Positions 51,553 to 60,779 of a DNA stretch of 64,000 nucleotides are shown here, piece by piece; the stretch's first letter is position 1; each line of letters starts with the position of its first letter. This stretch comes from Gemmatimonadota bacterium (GTDB lineage Bacteria; Gemmatimonadota; Gemmatimonadetes; Longimicrobiales; Gaopeijiaceae): NCBI GenBank assembly GCA_034521595.1, contig JAXHMG010000003.1:896001-960000 (forward strand), given 5' to 3'. The notes beneath the pieces were generated by a model. It was not told the DNA's origin. It saw only the letters and a list, made by a program, of their open reading frames with translations, and searched no databases. Position numbers and translations under genes: made by a program.

Positions 51553-54345
51553 ATGACCCTACGCAAGAAGCCGTTCGTGATCGGGGGCGGGATCTTCGTC
51601 CTCGTCCTGCTCCTCCTGCTGTCTCTACCCGTCCTCTTCAAGGACCGGATCGCGGAGCGCGTCGAGGAGGCCATCGATCGCGCCGTGGACGCCGACGTCT
51701 CCTGGAGCGGGGTGGAGCTCACCCTCATCCGGACCTTCCCGAACCTCACGCTCGGTCTGCGTGACCTGCGTGTCGTGGGCACGGACCCCTTCACCGGGGA
51801 TACGCTGGCGTCGTTGGACCGGGCGCGCATCGCGCTCGACGCGGGGAGCGTGATCCGGAGCCTCCGGGACCGAGGGCCGCTCGTCGTGCGCTCCGTCCGC
51901 CTCGAGGTGCCGACGCTCCGGCTCCAGGTCACGGAGGACGGGGCTGCGAGCTGGGACATCTTCACCGACGACGCCGAGGCCCCGGCTGGACCCGCGGATG
52001 ACGCGCCGGGACGTGCGGTGGCGGTGGCGCTCGACGAGCTCGAGGTCCTGGACGGAAGCGTGACGTTCGACGACGCCCGCTCCGGGCTGTTCGTGTCGCT
52101 CGACGGGCTCGGACATACGCTGAGCGGCGACTTCTCGCGCGAGCGGTTGGTGGCGAGCTCCCGCACCCGGGCCGAGCGGGCCACGGTCGAGTTCGGGGGC
52201 GTACCGTATCTCGCCGGGGTCACGGTCGATTTCGACGCGGACCTCGACGTGGACCTCGCCGAGGGCCGCATCGCGCTCGAGGACAACGAGCTCCGGCTCA
52301 ACGACCTCCTCCTCCGGTTCGCCGGCGAGGTGGCGCGGGTCGATGACCGCCTCGCGCTCGCGCTGAGCTTCGAGGCCCCGGAGACCGACTTCCGGCAGAT
52401 GCTCTCCCTCGTCCCGGCGCTCTACGCCGCGGACTTCGCGTCGCTCGAGACCTCCGGGCGCTTCTCGGTGAGCGGCGACGTCGAGGGCGACTACGGGGAG
52501 GACGCTTTCCCGGCGTTCGCGCTCCACGCGACGGTGGAGGACGGCGCGTTTCGGTATCCGGATCTCCCCGAACGGGCTCGGGCGATCTCGGCCGAGCTCT
52601 CGATCAGCAACCCCGGCGGCCATGTGGACAGCACCGTGGTGGACCTGAGCCGTTTCCATATCGAGGTGGGTGGCCAACCGCTGGACGCCGTGGCTACCGT
52701 GCGGACGCCCGTCTCCGACCCGGACGTCGACGCGACGGTGCGGGGCACGCTCGACCTGGCCGCGCTCTCCCGGACGGTCAAGGCGGAGAGCCTCGAAGGG
52801 ATGGAGGGCGTCGTGACCGCCGACGCCACCGTGCGGGCCCGGATGTCCGACGTCGACAGCGCGCGCTACGACCGGGTGGCCGCGAGCGGGACCGTCTCCG
52901 CCCGCGACGTCACCCTCGACTCCCCCGAGCTCCGCCAGCCCGTGACCGTGGAGGAAGCGACCCTCGACCTCGCGTCGGAGCAGGCCACGCTCCGCTCCTT
53001 CCAGGCGCGCCTCGGAAGCAGCGACCTCGCGGCGACAGCCCGAATCGACAACCTCCTCGGGTTCGCGATGCGGGACGAGCCCCTGCGCGGGACGGGCTCG
53101 TTCTCGAGCCGCCGGTTCGTCCTCGACGAGTGGAAGTCGGACGACGAGCTCGAAGCGATCGCCGTGCCGGCCATTCTCGACCTCACCCTGGACGGCACGG
53201 TCGAGCGACTCACGTACGGGGCGCTCGAGATGTCGGACGCGCGCGGCAGCATGCGTGTGAGCGACCAGCGCCTGACCCTCGACGACTTCACCTTCGGGAC
53301 GCTCGGTGGCCGCATCGGCGTGAGCGGCCACTACGAGACCACCGATCCGTCCGCGCCCACTTTCGGTCTCGCTCTGGCCCTCGACAGCCTCGACATCGCC
53401 GGGGCCTCGGAAGCCTTCGTCACCGTGCGCTCGCTCGCGCCCGTGGCCCGTTACGCGCGCGGGACCTTCTCCGCCGACCTCGACCTCAGCGGGGTCCTGA
53501 CACAGGACATGGCCCCGGTTCTCGACGCTCTCGACGGCGCGGGCTCGCTCCTGACCTCGCGGATCGAGATCGAGGACTTCCCGCTGCTGGAGCGGCTGTC
53601 CCAGGCGCTCCGGGTCTCCGAGCTCGCCCATCCCACGTTCAATGCCGTGCGCTCGACCGTCGAGATCCGGGACGGGCGCCTGCACGTCCAACCGTTCGAC
53701 GTGAGCGTGGCCGGTCTCACGATGACCGTGGACGGATCGAACGGGATCGACCAATCGCTGGATTACCGACTCGGGCTCGCCGTCCCGAGCGGAATGTTGG
53801 GCGCCGCGGGCCAGCGGGTTGTGCAGGACCTCGCGAGCCGGGCGGGGCGGGCCGGCTTCAATGTCGGTGAAGCCGAGACGGTTCAGGTCGGCGTGCGCGT
53901 CGCGGGCACCGTCTCGGACCCCGCGTTGGACCTGGGGCTCGGCGAGACCGCCGCCTCCGTGCGGCAGATGGCCGGCCAGGCGGCGGGCGCCGCGGTGGAC
54001 CGCCAGGTCGAGGAGGCCCAAGCCCGCATCGACGAGGCCGAAGCGGAGGCCCGCCGGCGGGCCCGAGCCCGGGCGGACAGCCTCGTCGCGGAGGCGGAGG
54101 AACGTGCCGAGACCATCCGGGCCGAGGCGCGCCGGCTGGCGGACCGCGTGCGGGCCGAAGGCGAGCGACGGGCGGAAGAGGTGCTCGCCCAGGCCACGAA
54201 CCCGCTCACGAGGCGGGCGGCCGAGCCCGTGGCGGAGCGCATCCGCCGGGAAGCCGAGGAGCGCGCGAGCCGGATCGAGCAGGAGGCGGACGAGCGCGCG
54301 GACCGGTTGGTAGCGGAGGCCCGGGAGCGGGCGGGAGGAGGCTGA
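51553..54345 (+). CDS. AsmA-family protein
   Basis: N-terminal anchor, FPNLTLGL, beta-rich body, GSNGIDQSLDY, C-terminal helical A/E/R-rich repeats. Confidence 0.88.
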   Translation: MTLRKKPFVIGGGIFVLVLLLLLSLPVLFKDRIAERVEEAIDRAVDADVSWSGVELTLIRTFPNLTLGLRDLRVVGTDPFTGDTLASLDRARIALDAGSVIRSLRDRGPLVVRSVRLEVPTLRLQVTEDGAASWDIFTDDAEAPAGPADDAPGRAVAVALDELEVLDGSVTFDDARSGLFVSLDGLGHTLSGDFSRERLVASSRTRAERATVEFGGVPYLAGVTVDFDADLDVDLAEGRIALEDNELRLNDLLLRFAGEVARVDDRLALALSFEAPETDFRQMLSLVPALYAADFASLETSGRFSVSGDVEGDYGEDAFPAFALHATVEDGAFRYPDLPERARAISAELSISNPGGHVDSTVVDLSRFHIEVGGQPLDAVATVRTPVSDPDVDATVRGTLDLAALSRTVKAESLEGMEGVVTADATVRARMSDVDSARYDRVAASGTVSARDVTLDSPELRQPVTVEEATLDLASEQATLRSFQARLGSSDLAATARIDNLLGFAMRDEPLRGTGSFSSRRFVLDEWKSDDELEAIAVPAILDLTLDGTVERLTYGALEMSDARGSMRVSDQRLTLDDFTFGTLGGRIGVSGHYETTDPSAPTFGLALALDSLDIAGASEAFVTVRSLAPVARYARGTFSADLDLSGVLTQDMAPVLDALDGAGSLLTSRIEIEDFPLLERLSQALRVSELAHPTFNAVRSTVEIRDGRLHVQPFDVSVAGLTMTVDGSNGIDQSLDYRLGLAVPSGMLGAAGQRVVQDLASRAGRAGFNVGEAETVQVGVRVAGTVSDPALDLGLGETAASVRQMAGQAAGAAVDRQVEEAQARIDEAEAEARRRARARADSLVAEAEERAETIRAEARRLADRVRAEGERRAEEVLAQATNPLTRRAAEPVAERIRREAEERASRIEQEADERADRLVAEARERAGGG

Positions 54346-55330
54346 GGATCCGTTCGCCACCTTCGAGGAGTGGGAGGGCCGCGAGCGGATCTGCGACGGC
54401 CTTTATGCCGACCTTCTGAGCGGGGCGATCGTCGACTTCGGTCACTCCTCGCGGCCTCGACTGAGCCATGGCCGCCGCCGCGCCGCCCCGCCTCCGAGAC
54501 CAGACCTGCGTGAACTCCGCGCCGAGGTAGAAGATCTGCGCGGAGAAGTAGATCCAGGCCAGCAAGGCGACCACGGACGCGCCCGGTCCGTAATACGACG
54601 TCCAGGACGCCCTCGCGATCAGCGCGGCGATCAGCACCTTCCCGGCCACGAACAGGACGGCCGTTCCGAAGGCGCCGACCCAGACGGTGGACCACTCGAT
54701 GTCGACGGAGGGGAGCGTACGGAAGAGGGCGGCGAACAGCAGGCCGATCACCGCGATCGAGACCGCTATGTCCAGGATCTGGATGAGGTGGAGCCCGAAG
54801 GGGACCCTGTCCTGCAAGAAGGCCGAGAGCACGCTCGTCACCGACGTGACGAGGAACGAGAGCGCCAGGAGAAACCCCGTCAGGATGATCATCAGAAAGG
54901 CCTTGAGGCGCCTGCGGAAGAAGCCGGCCACCTGCGCCCGGAACCCTTCGGCTTGCCGTGGCACGGCCCAGATCGCGTTCAGCGCCCCCTCGATGTTGGC
55001 GAAGGCCGCCGTGGCGCCGAACAGGAGCGCGAACAGTGCGAACACGGCGGTCGGCCCGAACAGATCCGGCGGCGCTGCACGAGCGAGGACGGCTTCCACC
55101 GTCTCGGCGGCGCCGGGGCCGAGAAACCGTTCCAGGTTGTTCACGATGGTGGTATGCGCGGTGCCTTCGGCGAGCACGAGCTGAAGCGGCGGCAGGAGGA
55201 GCACAAGAAGCGGACCGACGGAGAGCATGACGTAGTACGAGAGCGCCGCGCCTCGCTCCATGATCCGGTCGTCTGCCGCGGCGCGGACCGTTTCAGCGAG
55301 CAGGCCGAGCGTTTCCTTGATCCATCCCAT
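54206..55330 (-). CDS. YihY/virulence factor BrkB-family membrane protein (3' end uncertain)
   Basis: GAALSYY..S..PLL, ALNAIW, YGPGASVV.LL.WIYFSAQI..LGAEF; tail overlaps the asmA end. Confidence 0.88.
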   Translation of the reverse strand: MGWIKETLGLLAETVRAAADDRIMERGAALSYYVMLSVGPLLVLLLPPLQLVLAEGTAHTTIVNNLERFLGPGAAETVEAVLARAAPPDLFGPTAVFALFALLFGATAAFANIEGALNAIWAVPRQAEGFRAQVAGFFRRRLKAFLMIILTGFLLALSFLVTSVTSVLSAFLQDRVPFGLHLIQILDIAVSIAVIGLLFAALFRTLPSVDIEWSTVWVGAFGTAVLFVAGKVLIAALIARASWTSYYGPGASVVALLAWIYFSAQIFYLGAEFTQVWSRRRGGAAAAMAQSRPRGVTEVDDRPAQKVGIKAVADPLAALPLLEGGERILSLLPPAPGPPLPTGPRARPPPARSGSRAPRLPGGCAPPRARPPAS

Positions 55331-55419
55331 GTCAGTCCTCCGAGAGGCGATGCCGGGTGTCCGTCACCGACCCGGCGAAGCTACCGAAGATCCCGGCGCC
55401 GTCTCGCAAGAAGGCATGA

Positions 55420-56346
55420 TCAAGCCACCGATCTCGTCGAGAAGATCGGGGCCGCTACACTCCGTCGTTCTATCAGGATGCTCCGTTTGGCTTGGCTAGC
55501 GGTGAAGTGGGCAGCGAGCATGAAGACCCTGATGGCTGGGATTGCTCCGCAGTCAGCGACGACCTCTGCCGCTATAGCGACGCTGCAGCCATCCTCCTGT
55601 CGGTCGATGAGGACAGCATCGGGCTGGGTAAGATCGCTCGCACGCTCTCCCGAGCGACCGACGACAACAAGGGCTCGACCACGATCGATTCAAGCGATCC
55701 GACATTCGAGGTCTTCGGGAAGGATTCGTACCCGTCCAGCGGGCAAGAAGTCAATGTCGTGGGCTACACTGGGGGCTGGCGCTACGGTGACGTGAACCAG
55801 ACGTGCGCGACGTACCACCCGCGCGGGAAGGGCGACGACTATTTGGGCAACGAGAACGACATTTTCGTGGTGTGTGGGTACAGGGCGGAATTTCACTCTT
55901 GGGGGGGCGATAGCGGTTCACCTGTCTTCATTATTTCGCCGCAGGGCAATGGCGTGTACATAACCGGGCTCAATTTCGGCAACGAAGGCTGCATCCTCGA
56001 ATGCGAACACGCGCAGGCCTTGTTCGCTCCGATGGGTGGGATTGATGCGGACTTCGTCGGCGACATTGGAGTGACGACTGCTGCCCTCCAGCCCCACGCC
56101 AGCATCACCGGGCCAACCACCGCGGCGATGTGGACCTACTGCACATATGATGCACATGCTTCAGGTGGGACGCCGCCCTATAGCTATCAGTGGTCTGGAT
56201 TGGCCAGCGGCACCGGATCGTCGATCAGCTTCACCGTAACGCAAAGTGGCACCCTCTACCTACAGGTGACGGACGCCAATCTTGAGACGGACGATGCTCA
56301 GATCTCCCTGACGGTCGATTCGTCATCCGAATCCTGTCCCCTCTAG
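55420..56346 (+). pseudogene. 5'-truncated chymotrypsin-like (S1) protease with C-terminal PKD/Ig-like domain
   Basis: CRYSDAA (Asp region), GGDSGSPVF (Ser motif), SGGTPPYSYQWSG; no signal peptide or prodomain; upstream stop at 55417-55419; looks lower in GC. Confidence 0.65.
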
Positions 56347-56381
56347 GGCGGCCCCCGGTGGCACGGGGTCGACGAGGGGGG

Positions 56382-56972
56382 ATGATGATGCTTTGCAGGG
56401 TGCTTGCCATCGCGGCCCTTGCCTGCGCCTTTCCGCTCGCCGGCGCGGCGCAGGACGCGCAGAGCGTTGAGCATGCGGTTGGAATCCGCGCCTCCGTTGG
56501 AGGGAGTCCCTGGTTCCTCAAGCTCGGGCTCGACGCTTCAGTCTCTTTGACGGCCGGTCTGAACGCGGTGGGGATGTTGGAGGGATGGGGCAATCCCTAC
56601 CGCGCGCAGCCTCCGGGACCGCTTGACTCAACTCCAAGGCCAATCGCACCGCGGGCGCCGGGCGGTTGGTTGTTGGGTGGCGGGTTGCAGCTCACGATTC
56701 GAGAGCGCCCCTGGACGCATGTGACGGCGTCGAGCGGAGTGCATCGGTACACGGGGGGCGAAGTCGACGAAGATGCGCTGTTCTTTGGCTTGGGCGTCGG
56801 GCAAGCGTGGGCTCTGGCGGAACACCTGGAGATCGGGTGGGAATTGACGGGGCGGCGCGTGTCGGCCTACGAGAAGGATCGGTACGTCCGGATGTTCGAT
56901 GTGACGCGTCGGACCACGCACGAAGCCGAGTATCTGGGAGCGCTGGCGATCACTGTGGGAGGAGTCTTCTAG
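56382..56972 (+). CDS. Putative small outer-membrane beta-barrel protein (copy 1)
   Basis: Signal peptide ending AGAAQ; about eight amphipathic strands; C-terminal F. Confidence 0.65.
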   Translation: MMMLCRVLAIAALACAFPLAGAAQDAQSVEHAVGIRASVGGSPWFLKLGLDASVSLTAGLNAVGMLEGWGNPYRAQPPGPLDSTPRPIAPRAPGGWLLGGGLQLTIRERPWTHVTASSGVHRYTGGEVDEDALFFGLGVGQAWALAEHLEIGWELTGRRVSAYEKDRYVRMFDVTRRTTHEAEYLGALAITVGGVF

Positions 56973-57750
56973 GAGCGCTCCGCGGACCTCGGTTGCGCCC
57001 GGCGCGCACAGCTTTAGGACGGCCGCCGATGGCACTCGGTCGCCGAGAGGGAGTGACGATGACGCCATACATGCCCTGGAATGAACCGGTTTCCAGGAAA
57101 CGTCGATGGCCGCGTGGCGATCGGGGTGTCGGCAAAGTCGTGCTTGCCATCGCGGCCCTTGTCTGCGCCTTTCCGTCCGCCGGTGCGGCGCAGGACGCGC
57201 AGAACCTTGACCGGGCGGTCAGAATCGGAGCCTTCGTGGGCGCTAGTCCCTGGTTCGCGAATCCCTGGATGTTGAGGCTGGGGTTCAGCGCCTCGGTCTC
57301 TTTGACGGCCCGTGTGGACGGGGTCCTGATGTTGGAAGGATGGGGCCAGCCCGGTCCCAGGATTTTTCCGGGACCCCTCGAGTCAACACCAAGACCAATC
57401 GAGCCGCGGACACCGGAGGGCTTCTTGCTTGGTGGCGGGTTGCGGCTCACGATCCGAGAGCGGCCCTGGACGCATGTCACGGCGTCGAGCGGAGTGCATC
57501 GGTACACCATGGGCGACGTCCCTGAAGATGCGCTGTTCGTGGGCTTGGGTGTCGGGCAAGCGTGGGCTCTGGCGGAACACCTGGAGATCGGGTGGGAATT
57601 GACGGGGCGGCGCGTGTCCGCCTACGAGAAGGATCGGTACGTCCGGATGTTCGATGTGACGCGTCGGACCACGCACGAAGCCGAGTATCTGGGAGCGTTG
57701 GCGATCACTGTGGGAGGAGTCTTCTAGGAGCGCTCCGCGGACCTCGGTTG
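56796..57750 (+). repeat. Direct repeat: 56796-56995 vs 57551-57750
   Basis: 200 bp with two synonymous mismatches by eye; identity runs 23 bp past the stop codons. Confidence 0.9.
57059..57727 (+). CDS. Putative small outer-membrane beta-barrel protein (copy 2)
   Basis: Paralog of 56382-56972 with identical protein sequence from GLGVGQAW to the C-terminus. Confidence 0.65.
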   Translation: MTPYMPWNEPVSRKRRWPRGDRGVGKVVLAIAALVCAFPSAGAAQDAQNLDRAVRIGAFVGASPWFANPWMLRLGFSASVSLTARVDGVLMLEGWGQPGPRIFPGPLESTPRPIEPRTPEGFLLGGGLRLTIRERPWTHVTASSGVHRYTMGDVPEDALFVGLGVGQAWALAEHLEIGWELTGRRVSAYEKDRYVRMFDVTRRTTHEAEYLGALAITVGGVF

Positions 57751-57790
57751 TGAAGTCGGGCACGGGAGACTTCGACCCCGCCTCGCGTGT

Positions 57791-58228
57791 TCACGGAAGG
57801 CAATCCAAGACTTTGAGGTGACCGGCCGCCGAGTAGTCGAGGATGTCCCGGTCGCAGGTCGCGAGCTGGCCTCCGAGATGCCGCGCGCTCGCCATGAGGA
57901 TGCGATCGGCGGGATCCCCATGCGGCGCCCCGGGAAGGCGCGTGCTTCCGATCGCGATCTCCGGGCTCAGGGGCAAGAGACGGACTCCGGGAACATGCAG
58001 CGCTGCGTGGACCCAGTCGTCCAGAGGGCGGGAGAGGCTGATCCGCCCCTTCGCTTCGAGCATGGCCACCTCCCACACCGAAATGGCGCTGACCCGTAGC
58101 ATCCCTTCTTGGGCCGCCCGCTCGATGGCTTCGATCGCGGGTGCCGAAAGCGCCGTCCGATCACCTTCGACCACCCATATCCAGACATGAGTGTCGAGGA
58201 CCGTGGGGGAGCCGGGCCGATCAGGCAT
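57791..58228 (-). CDS. vapC: Type II TA toxin, VapC/PIN family
   Basis: VLDTHVWIW, SAISVWEVAML..KGR, HGDPADRIL.A, TCD. Confidence 0.92.
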   Translation of the reverse strand: MPDRPGSPTVLDTHVWIWVVEGDRTALSAPAIEAIERAAQEGMLRVSAISVWEVAMLEAKGRISLSRPLDDWVHAALHVPGVRLLPLSPEIAIGSTRLPGAPHGDPADRILMASARHLGGQLATCDRDILDYSAAGHLKVLDCLP

Positions 58229-58475
58229 CGGCGTCCCAGACCTCGCCGACCGGCGCGATGAGGTCGCCGTGGACCGTCACGGACCCGGCCAAGCTACCGA
58301 AGATCCCGCCGCCGCTCCCCGTCGGCCCTTCGTACGGGCTCAACTTGGCGATAGGGTGGCCGTAACGAGTCACCACGACCTCTTGGCGTGCCTGAGAGAC
58401 CCGCTCCAGGAACTCGTGCCAGGAGTTCTTCAGATCGCTTGCCGACACTTCCAGCGCCTCGTTCTTCGTCGCCAT
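58221..58475 (-). CDS. Type II TA antitoxin, Phd/YefM family
   Basis: VSASDLKN..FLERV..VVVTRYGHPIAKL; overlaps the vapC start. Confidence 0.9.
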   Translation of the reverse strand: MATKNEALEVSASDLKNSWHEFLERVSQARQEVVVTRYGHPIAKLSPYEGPTGSGGGIFGSLAGSVTVHGDLIAPVGEVWDADA

Positions 58476-58581
58476 GATCCCCTCCGATGCCAATATCCCA
58501 TGTTGTCCTACAAGTGTAGGCCAACATGCGCGACGCAGTCAAGGAAGCGAAGGCGAAGCCCGCCCGGCGATATGTCTGCTC

Positions 58582-59532
58582 TCACGCTCCCCCGGGCGGT
58601 CGCGCCAGCAGGGCGCCCAGCCGCACTTCCGTGCCCGGCGCGCACCGCTCCTCCAGGACGAGGCCCGCCGAAGGCTCGGTCAGGAGCACCACGGTGCTGC
58701 CGAGGTGGAACGCCATGATCTCGTCGCCTCGACCCACGGGGATCGGATCGTCGTAGCGCCGTTCACGGGGCAGGTCTTCGGTGCGGTTGGTGACCCAAGG
58801 TCGGCGCGACATGCCGCCGGTCCCGCTCCAGGCAGGGTCGAACGCGGCGCTGATGCGTCCGACGTTGTAGGCTCCCACCGCCACGAGCGCGAGGCGTCCG
58901 AGCGGCCCGTCGATGTGCGCGAGGAGCCGCTCGTTGCGGGCGAAGAGGTCCCGCAGATGCCGGACGGCCGGTTCGTTCACCGGAAGGAGCGCTCCGGGCA
59001 CGTACCGGGCGAGGGAGATCGTGCCGTCGACCGGGGCGTGGATGCGGTGGTAGTGCCTGGGGGAGAGGTAGAGGGTGATGAAGGAGCCGCCTTCGAATCG
59101 ATCGGCTTCCTCCGCCTCGCCCAACAGATCCGCCGCCGCGTAGTCGAGCCCCTTGGCCTGGATCAGCCGGCCGCCGTCGATGCGTCCGACCTGTCCCACG
59201 ATCCCGTCCACCGGGCTCGCGAGCCCGGGCTCGGCCGGCCAGGTGCGAGCACCGGGACGGAGGCGGCGCACGAAGAACTCGTTCACCGACCCGTAGTCGC
59301 GGATCGGCCGCTCGGCTTCCGCCGGATCGATCCCGACCGCCTTCGCGAACGCGGTCAGGACCGCGGTACGGAAGGGGCGGGGGATGGGCGCGTCGGCGAG
59401 GTTGCCGAGACCACGGCTCAGCGCGCCCTGGGGCAGGCGGCCGAGGAGCCTGAGCACGGCCCGCCAGGTGAGGGGCGGCGGGCTGGGCGTGACGTCGGGA
59501 ACGGGCGGGGGCGGGGCGCTCGAATCGGTCAT
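58582..59532 (-). CDS. psd: Phosphatidylserine decarboxylase proenzyme
   Basis: FFVRRL.PGAR, SPVDG, QAKG..Y, YLSPRHYHRIH, LFARNER, VGAYNVG, FHLGST cleavage motif. Confidence 0.95.
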   Translation of the reverse strand: MTDSSAPPPPVPDVTPSPPPLTWRAVLRLLGRLPQGALSRGLGNLADAPIPRPFRTAVLTAFAKAVGIDPAEAERPIRDYGSVNEFFVRRLRPGARTWPAEPGLASPVDGIVGQVGRIDGGRLIQAKGLDYAAADLLGEAEEADRFEGGSFITLYLSPRHYHRIHAPVDGTISLARYVPGALLPVNEPAVRHLRDLFARNERLLAHIDGPLGRLALVAVGAYNVGRISAAFDPAWSGTGGMSRRPWVTNRTEDLPRERRYDDPIPVGRGDEIMAFHLGSTVVLLTEPSAGLVLEERCAPGTEVRLGALLARPPGGA

Positions 59533-59624
59533 GGTGGCCGGTGCTACTCCCGGGTGCGGTCTGCGGTCCCCTGAGCGGGGCGCCAGCCTCACAAACGCAG
59601 GACCTCTCTCGCGATTCCTGGTCG

Positions 59625-59950
59625 TCAGAGGTCCGACCACGCGTAGACGGTGAACCCGTCGCGCATGAACGAGTGTGCGCCGCCGTAGACCAGGGCACCG
59701 GGAGCGGACTCGTTCGCGACCAGGCGGCGCCAGTAGCGCAACGGGTCGAAGAAGTCGCCGCCGACGGTCTCGCCGGACTTCACCTCCACGGGGATCTGGC
59801 TTTCCCCGAGATCCACCAGCGCGTCCAGCTCGTGGCCCGACGAATCCCTCCAGAAGTACAGATCGGGCTCCTCGCCCTTGTGATGGTAGGCCTTGAGCAT
59901 CTCCGACAGCACGAAGGTCTCGAACAGCGCTCCCCGCGCCGAGTGGGTGC
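59625..59950 (-). pseudogene. C-terminal DUF4143 fragment of an AAA+ ATPase
   Basis: RGALFETFVLSE..LYFWRDSSGHELD..PVEVKSG; the N-terminal ATPase domain is absent. Confidence 0.75.
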
Positions 59951-60358
59951 GCTCGGTGCACGGGCAGCGCTCGTCCCAGGGAACGGACGCTCAGAGGCGG
60001 CTTCCCCTCGATCTCCGCTTTGCGAGATGAATATTGGAAATTCAGATTGCAAGACTCGCCGTCCCGCTGGCGAACAGCTCCGCCGACGCACCAGCCGGTC
60101 GCGAGCGCTCGACCGGACTGGCCGGTGCGCGCAGCGGATCGAGCGTGGAGACCGCCCGAGCTGCCCTCGACCCGAACGCACCGACCCGGTCGAGCGCGCC
60201 CGGCGTGGCGACCTGATCGGCCGAGAGCGTCGCGCACGTCGCCCGAGGCGCGGAGAACGCTCAGAGCCGCGCTCGCCGGGGCGCGCCATCGGTCACGGTC
60301 GACGGGGCCGCAGTGGGCGCCTGGCCCCCACCGAATCACCATCTTGCCACGCTCTCTC

Positions 60359-60381
60359 CATACATGTACTGTGCATGTATG
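60359..60381. promoter_or_regulatory. Putative PadR operator
   Basis: CATACATG-N7-CATGTATG perfect inverted repeat about 30 bp upstream of the padR start. Confidence 0.68.
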
Positions 60382-60410
60382 TGGACTGCGAGTAATCGAG
60401 GGAGGGGCGG

Positions 60411-60779
60411 ATGAGCGAGGGAAGGGAACGGGAGCCTGCGGCTCCACTGAGCGCCACGGACTACCACGTCCTCATGGTGCTGGCCGAGCGTGATCTCTAC
60501 GGCTACGCGATCATGAAGGCCGTGGAGGCGGACTCCGGCGGGGCGGTCTCGCCGGGCATCGGATCGCTGTACCGGATCCTCGCGCGCCTTTCCTCGGCCG
60601 GCTGGGTGGAGGAAGCGCCCGCGCCCAGCGAGGCGCCGACGGAGCATCGCGGACACCCCCGCCAGTACTACCGCCTCACGCCCGCCGGACGGCAAGCGCT
60701 CCGTGACGAGTCGCGGCGCCTGGAGAGCGTTCTGCGGCTCGCGCGCGAGCGGAAGCTGCTGGCGGGAGGATCCCCGTGA
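60411..60779 (+). CDS. PadR-family transcriptional regulator
   Basis: LAERDLYGYAIMK, GSLYRIL.RL, RQYYRLT..GR. Confidence 0.92.
   Translation: MSEGREREPAAPLSATDYHVLMVLAERDLYGYAIMKAVEADSGGAVSPGIGSLYRILARLSSAGWVEEAPAPSEAPTEHRGHPRQYYRLTPAGRQALRDESRRLESVLRLARERKLLAGGSP

Noticed and set aside
51625-54360. Long antisense ORFs (911 aa here; also 13827-15674, 22007-24241, 45903-48260, 47971-50076)
   Set aside because: Shadow ORFs caused by high GC3 on the strand opposite recognisable genes; no protein motifs.
56970-57020. Integron attC site between the paralogs
   Set aside because: No convincing RYYYAAC...GTTRRRY boundaries or long imperfect palindrome, and no integrase.
56796-57750. Direct repeat as a DGR template/variable repeat pair
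   Set aside because: The two mismatches are G/C and C/T rather than adenine-specific, both copies lie in coding paralogs, and there is no reverse transcriptase in the window.
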